A stretch of 64,000 nucleotides of DNA from the human T2T-CHM13v2.0 reference genome, Homo sapiens. Numbering within the stretch: the first letter of the stretch is position 1; each line of letters opens with the position of its first letter. The notes beneath the pieces were generated by a model. The model did not search any database. It worked only from the letters and a program-made list of their open reading frames with translations, and was not told where the DNA came from. Where the stretch lies: assembly GCF_009914755.1 (NCBI RefSeq), contig NC_060939.1; one strand, written 5' to 3'. Made by a program: the position numbers and the translations under genes. Shown here piece after piece: positions 54,045 to 64,000 of the stretch.

Positions 54045-57000
54045 ATTAGTCACTTTGGACAGTATGACCATTTTCACAATATTGATTCTTCCTATCCATG
54101 AGCATGGAATGTTTTTTCATTTGTTTGTGTCCTCTCTGATTTATTTGAGCAGTGGTTTGTAGTTCTCCCTAAAGAGGTACTTCACTTCCCTTATTAGCTG
54201 TATTCCTAGGTATTTTATCCCTTTTGCAGCAATTGTGAATGGAATGGGAGTTCATTCAGGATTTGGCTCTCTGCTAGCCTGTTGTTGGTGTATAGGAATG
54301 CTGGCAATTTTTGCACATTGATTTTGTATCCTGAGACTTTACTGAAGTTGCTTATCAGCTTAAGAAGACTTTGGGCTGAAACAATGGGATTTTCTAGACA
54401 TAGAATCATGTCATCTGTGAACAAAGATAATTTGATTTTCTGTCTTCCTATTTGATAACCTTTGCCAGAACTTTCAATACTGTGGTAAATAGGAGTGGTG
54501 AGAGAGGGCATCCTTGTCTTGCGCCAGTTTTCAAGGGGAATGCTTCTAGCTTTTGCTCATTCAGTATGAAATTGGCTATGGGTTTGTCATATATGGCTCT
54601 TATTATTTTCAGGTATGTTCCATCAATCCTTAGTTTATTGAGAGTTTTTAATATGAAGGGATGTTGAATTTTCTGCATCTACTGAGATAATCACGTGGTC
54701 TTTCTTCTTTTTTAGTTCTGTTTAATGTGATAATTCACATTTATGGATTTGCATATGTTGAACCAATTTTGCATCCTGGGGATGAAGCCAACTTGATCAT
54801 GGTGAATAAGCTTTTTGATGTGCTACTGGATTCAGTTTGCCAGTGTTTTATTGAGGATTTTTGCATCGATGTTCATCGAGGATATTGGTCAGAAGTTTTC
54901 TTTTTGTTGTTGTTGTATCTCTAACAGGTTTTGGTATCAGGATGATGCTGGCCTCATAGAATGAGTTAGGGAGGAGTTCCATCTTTTTTATTTTTTTTGG
55001 AATAGTTTTAGTAGGAAAGGTATCAGTTCTTCATACCTCTGGTGGAATGCAGCTGTGAATCTGTTTGGCCCTGGGCCTTTTTTTCATTGTTAGGTTATTT
55101 ACTGCTGCCTCAATTTCAGAATGAATATTGGTCTATTCAGGGATTCAATTACTTTCTGGTTCAATCTTGGGTGGGTGTATGTCTCCAATAGTTTATCCAT
55201 TTGTTCTAGATTATCTAGTTTATATGTATAGAGGTGTTTGTAGTATTCTGTGATGGTTGTTTGTATTTCTGTGTGGTCAGTGGTAATATCCTCCTTACCA
55301 TTTCTGATAGTGTTTATTTGATTCTTCTCTCTTTTCTTCTTTATTACTCTAACCAGAGGTCTATTTTATTAATTTTTTTCAAAAAACAACCTCCTGGATT
55401 TGTGGATTTTTTGAAGGGTTTTTCGTTTCTCTATCCCCTTCAGTTCAGCTCTGATCTTGGTTATTTCTTGTCTCCTGCTAGCCTTGGGGTTTGTTTGTTC
55501 TTGGTTATCTAGTTCTTTTCATTGAGATGTTAGGTTCTTAACTTGACATCTTCATAGCTTTTTGATGTGGGAAATTAGTGCTATAAATTTCCCTCTTAAC
55601 ACTGCTTTAGCTGCATTCCAGAGATTCTGGTACATTGTCTCTTTGTTCTCATTAGTTTCAAAGAACGTCTTTATTTCTGCCTTAATTTCATTATTTACCC
55701 AAGTGTCAATCAGGAGCAGGTTGTTCAATTCTCATGTAGTTGTGTGGTTTTGAGTGAATTCCTTAATCTTGAGTTCTAATTTGATTATGCTGTGGTTTGA
55801 GAGACTGTTTGTTATAATTTCAGTTCTTTTGTGTTTGCTAAGAAGTGTTTTACTTCCAATTATGTGATCACTTTTACAGTAAATGGCAATGAGAAGAATG
55901 TATATTCTGTTGTTTTTTGGGGAAAAGTTCTGTAGATATCTATCAGGTCCTCTTGATCCAGAGCTGAGTTTAGGTCCTGTATAGCTTTGTTAATTTTCTG
56001 TCTTGATGATCTATCTAATGTTGACAGTGGGGTGTTAAAGTCTCCCACTATTATTGTTTGGGAGTCTAAGTCTTTTTGTGGGCCTCTAAGAACTTTCTTT
56101 ATGAATGTGAGTGCTCCTCTATTGCATGCATACATATTTAAGATAGTTTGCTCTTCTTGTTGAATTGAACCCTTTACCATTATGTAATGCCTTTCTTTGT
56201 CTTTGTTGATCTTTGTTGGTTTAAAGTCTGTTTTGTCAGAAACTAGGATTGCAACCCCTGCTTTTTTCTGTTTTCCATTTTCTTGGTAAATTTTCCTCCA
56301 TCCCCTTATTTTGAGTCTATGTGCGTCTTTGCACGTGCATGGGTCTCCTGAAGACAGCACACCAGTGAGTCTTGGCTCTTTATCCAGCTTGCCATTCTGT
56401 GTCTTTTAATTGGGGTCATTTAGCCCATTTATGTTTAAGGTTAGTATTGTTATGTATGAATTCTTGTCATCATGATGCTTGCTGGTTATTTTGCAGAGTT
56501 ATTTATGTGGTTGCTTCATATTGTCACTTATCTGTGTACTTCAGTGTGTTTTTGTAGTGGCTGGTAAGTTTTTTATTTCCATATTTAGTGCTTCCTTCAG
56601 GAGCTCTTGCAAGGCAGGACAGGTGGTGACACATTCCCTCAGCATTTACTTGTCTGAAAGGGTCTTATGTCTCCTTCACTTATGAAGCTTAGTTTGGCCA
56701 GATATGAAATTCTGGGTTGGAAATTCTTTTTTTTAAGAATGTTGAATTTTGGCCCCCAATCTCTTCTGGCTTGTAGGGTTTCCACTGAGAGGTCCGCTGT
56801 TGGTCTGACAGGATTCCCTTTGTATGTAACCTGGCCTTTCTCTCTGGCTTCCCTTAACATTTTTTTCTTTCGCTTCAACCTTGGAGAATCTGATAATTAT
56901 GTGTCTTTGGGTTGATACTCTCATGAAGTATCTTACTGGGGTTCTCTGCATTTCCTGAATGTGAATGTTCAAATTCAAATTCAGAAAGTTCTCCTGGATG

Positions 57001-59071
57001 ATATCCTGAAGTATGTTTTCTGACTTGGTTCCATTCCTCCCTTCTCATGGAGTATCTTACTGGGGTTCTCTGCATTTCCTGAATTTGAATGTTCAAATTC
57101 AAATCCAGGAAGTTCTCCTGAATGACATCCTGAAGTATGTTTTGTGACTTGGTTCCATTTTCCATCTTTTTCAGGTACCCCAATAAGCTGTAGTTCAGTC
57201 TCTTTACGTAATCCCATATTTCTCAGAGGTTTTGTTCATTTAATTTTATTCTTTTTTCTTTATTCTTGTCTGCCTCTTTTATTTCAGAAAGACAGCCTTC
57301 AAGCTCTGAGATTCTTACCCCAACTTGGTCTATTCTGCTATTGATACTTGTGATTGCATTGTGAAGGTCTTGTGTTGTTTTTTTCAGCTCCATCAGGTAT
57401 TTATGTTCCTCTCTAAATAGGCTATTCTGGCTATCAGCTCCTGTATTATTTTATCATGATTCTTAGCTTCTTCACATTGAGTTACAACTGCTCCTCTAGC
57501 TCAGCAAAGTTTGTTCTTCTGAAGTCTACTTCTGTAGCCTACTTCTGTCAATTCAGCCATATCAGCCTCAGCCCAGTTCTGTGCCCTTGCTGGAGAGGTG
57601 TTGTGGTCATTTGGAGGAGAAGAGGCTTGGGCTTTTAGAGTCTTCAATGTTTTTGCGTTGATTCTTTCTCATCTTCATGGGTTTATCTACCTTTGATTTT
57701 TGAGGTTGCTGACCATTGAATGGGGTTTTTGTAGGGTCTTTTTTGTTGATGTTGATGTTGTTGTTGTTGTTTTCTGTTTGTTTGTTTTTAACAGTCAGGC
57801 CACTCTTCTGCAGGGCTGCTGTGATTTGCTGGGGTTCTGCTCCAGACCCTAGTTGCCTCAGTTTTTCCCATACCTAGAGATATCACCAGTGAAGGCTGCA
57901 AAATGCAGACGACAGCCTGCTCCTTCCTCTGGAAGCTCCATCCCAACACAGTAGTGACTTGCTGCTGGCTCAAATGGTTCTGTAGGAGGTAGCTGGAGAC
58001 CCCTGTTGGGAGGTCTCACCCAGTCAGGAGGAAGAGGATCAGGGACTCAGTTAAAGAAGCAGTCTGGCTGCTTTTTGGTAGAGCAAGTGTGCTGCACTGG
58101 GGGGGGCCCTTCCTTGTCTGAATTGTTTGTATTGTCCAAAGCCAGCAGGCTGGAATGGCTGAATTGACACTAACCTCAGAGATGGCAGCTGCCCCTCCCC
58201 CTGGGAGCTTTGTCCCAGGAAGTGATCAGAGCTCTGTCTGTAGAACCCTAGCTGGAGTGGTTGAATCCCCTGCAGGGAAATCCTGCCCATTGAGGAGGAA
58301 TGAATCAGGGTCCTGCTTAAAGAAGCAGTCTGGCCATGATCTGGCAAGGCTGCTTTGCTGCACTGAGGGGTGCCCTTCCTTGTCCAAAACATTTGTATTC
58401 TCCAAAGCTGGCAGGCTAGAATGACTGAATCTACTAAACTCGAGAGATGGTACCTGTCCCTCCCCCAAGAACTCAGTCCTGACTCAGGCAGACTCTAGCC
58501 TGTTGCCTTTGGCTGGCTAGAATTCCAAGCCAGTGGATCTTAACTTGCGAGGTGCCGTGGAAGTGGAGCCTGCAGAATGAGGCTGCTTGGATCCCTGGAT
58601 TCAGCCCCCTTTCTAGGGATATGTAGGGATGGATCTTGCCGCAGGTCCTGGGGCCAGAGTATGTAAAACTCCTGGGTCTCTGTGTGTGCCTGAGCGGCTG
58701 CTCTTCAGAGACCCCACACAGCTCTGTGTATTGGACCCAAGGCCCTGGTGTCATGGGCTCAAGAGGGGATCTGATGCATAGGTTGCAAAGCTTCATGAGA
58801 GAAGCATGGTTTCCTGGGCAGGGTCGCACAGTCACTCACCACTTCCCTTAAGTGGGGTGGGGGTTCCCTTGGCTCTGTGCTGCTCCTGGATGGGCCATCA
58901 CCCCACCCTGCTTTTTCTTCATTCTTTGTGGGTTGAATTATTTGCCTATTCAGTCCCAATGTAAGAACGTGGATATTTCAGTTAAAGGTGCTGAATTCAC
59001 TTACTCCTTTCATTCCTCTCTGTGAGTGCTGTGGACTGCAGTTGCTTCTAATCAGCCATCTTGCCCCCTCC
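54045..59071 (-). mobile_element. L1PA13-15/L1PREC2-like element, 5'UTR + ORF1 + most of ORF2
   Basis: 5' end gagggggcaagatggctgattagaagcaac; ORF1 remnant (REKGQVTYKGNPVRPTADLSVETLQARRDW); EN remnant (KKAGVAILVSDKTDFKPTKI...IIVGDFNTPLS). Confidence 0.92.
56919..57166. repeat. 124-bp tandem duplication inside L1 ORF1
   Basis: tctcatg(a/g)agtatcttactggggttctctgc starts at 56919 and 57043. Confidence 0.9.
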
Positions 59072-59405
59072 AACATTTTCATTAGATTACTTAATTTTAC
59101 TACTCTGTTGATGAGCAGTAATTGAGTTCCACTTCTACCATTTCTAAAATCCCATTCAGATCTTGTTAAAATTTTTCTAAACATTACTGATGTTTTGTTG
59201 GTGTAGGTATGTATTTGAAAGACTTACAAACATACTTGTTCATTGCATAGTAATCTAAAATTTGTTTTCAATACATAAACCTAAGGAGGTTGTGTCTATA
59301 TTTTTCTAAGATAAAATATCAGATATTTCCAATAATTGGAAGGCTAATAATGATTGAACCCCAGTTCTGTCTCATATGTTAGATATTTCTTGCCTTGTAT
59401 CTCTT

Positions 59406-60920
<1,515 letters not shown>

Positions 60921-60922
60921 TT

Positions 60923-61146
60923 ACACTGTATCTCTGTCCTATGCTTCTGTCTTCCTTTTCTACTTTCAAGGGGTCATGTTATTATCTGAGAGCCATCTGG
61001 TTAACAGAGTTTAATTTCACTATTTTAAGGTCTGTAGCTTTAATTCCATCAACAAAGATTCTTTTACCATGCAATGTAGCATTATTTGCAGGTTCCAGGG
61101 ATTAGGACATTAACATCTTTGGCGGGTCATTATTCTGTCTACCACA
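60923..61146 (-). mobile_element. MLT1 LTR fragment (target of the L1PA insertion)
   Basis: gcaggttccagggattaggacattaacatctttggcgggtcattattctgtctaccaca. Confidence 0.75.
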
Positions 61147-63889
61147 GGATATTTTATCTTAAAATGGTTTAAATTATTGCATAGGACCTTGGCTATTGTA
61201 TTCTACTAAACCTACTTTTCCTTATGTTGGACAGAGGCTCAAGAGGAAGATTAATCAGCTATGAAAAAGATGAAGTAGTAAAGTCCATACTTTCTGTGTA
61301 CCTGAAGGCAACTTTGAATTGTGGTTTTATTGCTTAGAACAGAAAAATAGTTTTTATACATATTTACTTTTGCCGAATATAGACTTCCTGGCCCATACAC
61401 TCCATTTGCTACTGCAGAATAAGATGATTCTAATTCAAAAAGGATAATGTTGGTTTTAAAAAAGTATAAAATAGAAATGACTGTTTTCACAGTACCATAA
61501 ATGTAAGCATTGTTATACTAAAAATATTACTGTTATGAGACCAACTCACGCACTTCCAGCCTTAGATAACACGTAGGCCTTCCAGAGTTTCCAGACAATG
61601 ATGTTTTGAAAAACAATATTGTGGACTGATAAATAACGGCAAATCCTGAAGGAACATCTTTCACTTTGATGGTTGGAATGTCAGGTCTTCCAAAGTTGGA
61701 TAAGGTTCTAGGGTTATCCTGACTGTTGATTAATTGCCAGAAGAGTAACTGGAGCCGGAGAATTCCATTAGGACCCTGACATTTCATATCAGTCATTATT
61801 ATTCTATGATTTAGACATATTTTTGAACATTTCAAACAGCATATTTCCTAGACTAAGGAGTCCTCTCCCCAATCCTGTAGACTAAATCCCTGACTATTGA
61901 CCTAATTATAATATCTTATTAAAACCTAATTATAATATCCCATGTTTAATTCCAAGCAATAAACTTGGACTAAAGGAAACAACTCCAACAATGATGTGGT
62001 GGTTGAGATCATTTGAGTGGCAAGTATACAATAGACTCAGGAATTCAGCCTTTGTCTGAGAATCCCCCAAATAACCAGGGCTTAATAGGAGGTAAGATTC
62101 GTAGAGGCCTGGGGAACTGTGAGTGGGGAGTAGATTTTAGATCTGGGCATCTGCCGTGGAAGTACCCCGATTTTGGGTCTTTAGTCTTTGTACTATTTCA
62201 TTTTCTTCATTATTGTCTTACAATTGTGTACTCTCTAGGAAATTAGTCAGAATGCATAAGAATTATTGAACATTTTATATTCACTTACACATCAGAACCA
62301 CACTTAGATTTCTGTGTAAGGAGAATAGATAGAACTCAGTTAAGAAAAGAGAGTAGGAGAAAAGGAAGGATTCAGGAGAAAGAGCTCACAATAACTGAAA
62401 CTCTAAGATCTCTAATTGTAAACATTCAGGGCACGATGGAACTGCAACTATGAAACTGAACTCATAAACAAACTCTGAGTTATAGAAATGAAGAGCATGA
62501 ACAGTGAATATGAGTAAATGGGAGTCAAATGGGGGAGAGGTCGCTAAGAGCCAGAGGAAATCTTCCCAACCTGATCAAGCAGCTTAAAGTTCAGAGATTT
62601 TCTTCACCCTGACAATAACAACTCTCAGAATGAGAAACACTGCTTTAATTCATAATTTCAATGACACAGGAAGTCATTATTTAAATTTTCTTGTAGGGTC
62701 AAGGATTCAGAGGTTGACTTGAAACTACAAAGCATGTTAAACTCCTTTTGCAGGGTTAAAGCCCTCTATATCTACATATGTTATACCATATATATTGACT
62801 ACACGGATACAATTTGTATGTAATTCCATTCCCAAAAGTCATGGAGGAGGCAATGCATCTTATACTCAATTGCCACCAAAGAGCACAAGAATGAATGCTT
62901 AAGTCCAGACACTGATACATCCCCCTAAATTTTCAAAGCATGGCTTGTGGTTCCAGCCCCCTGACTCCCATTCCCTGTAATGGAAGTCAGGTGGCAAAAC
63001 TCTAACGCAAACTCCTTGGAAATCTAGAAGACGGCATAATGATGTTCTTTGTTTTCACTACGGAAACATTTATATGGGACACAGGTTCAACTGTCCATGA
63101 AATGATGCACTAATCTCCAGAGTTCACAATGTAATTTGGAGTATATTTTCTTCTCCATGTGCATGCAATTGTGAAGGTAATTGCCACCCTGAAGGTAAAG
63201 AATGCCAAGTGTCCCTCACATAACACACAGCTACATTCTGAACTATCTCAGAGCCAGATATTCCCTTTTTGCCTCCAGAAAAAGTCCAGGGAACTAGCTT
63301 GCATCTAAACTTTTTGCATGCAGCCTTTCTGGAGAACACCCAGTCTTTCCTTGACAAGGCTTGTTGGTTTTCATAAACTAGTTTGTTCAATAATCAGTTC
63401 AATTTCTGGCCTGAATAGCATCATTGATTTAACTCAATAAACCAAAAAACAATTCTCTTGCCTCTCAGATTTATAAATTCTACTTGTATGCCACAGATAT
63501 TTAAAATTTAAAAATTAAGCCAGCTTAAGAATAAACAGGGTTAGTTTTAGATATGCTGGGGACTTATCAAATGCAATGTCAAGCTTCATGACTGAGATCA
63601 CAAGTCAGAAAGTCTTCTATTATATTCAGGAAGTAAAATCACTATCTTACTTTGTGGAAAGTACATTTTTAGAAATTAAAATTAAATGTGTAAAAAAGGG
63701 GCTATCTTAATTTTCAATAGCTACACCCATGATCTCACTACTTAATTATAGACAATTCTAATACTAATATTAAACAATTTTTAACTGTATGTGAAATCCA
63801 CTACAATTTAACTGTCCTATACAACCTAGCACTCAGGGACACACAGTTTGATATCTATTTCATGCCTGATTTTTCTCTTCTGAACTTGA

Positions 63890-63995
63890 CAAAGCACTTC
63901 TCAAGGATGTAACAGAAGTATAAGACAAACTTTTCTTCCCTCATAGCACCTGACACAGAGTAGGGTACATTACAGGAGCTCAATAAATGTTTGTG
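63890..63995 (+). mobile_element. L2 3' end
   Basis: catagcacctgacacag...ggagctcaataaatgtttg. Confidence 0.55.
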
Positions 63996-64000
63996 CCTGT

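Noticed and set aside
57990-58470. ~267-bp imperfect repeat (ttaaagaagcagtctggc at 58051 and 58317)
   Set aside because: Lies in the L1 5'UTR region, where older L1PA families carry such repeats; probably inherited from the source element
53300-59071. Twin-priming explanation for the opposed L1 pieces
   Set aside because: Geometry is tail-to-tail, the pieces look like different subfamilies, and the TSD of the 53300 element is found inverted at 51848; post-insertion inversion fits better
52866-59090. TSD linking the L1 3' piece (tail ~52870) with the 5' end at ~59071
   Set aside because: Only gaaaat is shared, too weak to count; the link rests on subfamily type and colinearity instead

Overview
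Primate (human-like, catarrhine/hominoid) non-coding DNA, AT-rich and dominated by interspersed repeats: L1, L2, Alu, MIR, MaLR/ERVL LTRs and DNA transposons. I find no supportable host protein-coding gene, RNA gene or CRISPR array. Most ORF-track entries are repeat-derived or random. I see no evidence of a new functional biological system. The most interesting signals are retrotransposition and rearrangement fossils read directly from the sequence. (1) A ~5.1 kb HERV-H copy built like a processed pseudogene (R-U5...U3-R-polyA with a 15-bp TSD) rather than a provirus, with an LTR7up-type U3 that appears to lack its TATA box. (2) A 5'-truncated PNO1 retrocopy missed by the ORF track, joined without a TSD between a cut LTR and a cut L1MA2. 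(3) A ~2.1 kb inversion at ~51.9-54.0 kb, shown by an inverted TSD pair, a perfect 30-bp breakpoint duplication, chained templated inserts and a ~0.65 kb deletion. (4) A twin-primed L1 and several fold-back/template-switch scars. Repeat subfamily names come from recalled consensus sequences and need RepeatMasker/Dfam confirmation. Boundaries of old repeats are approximate.
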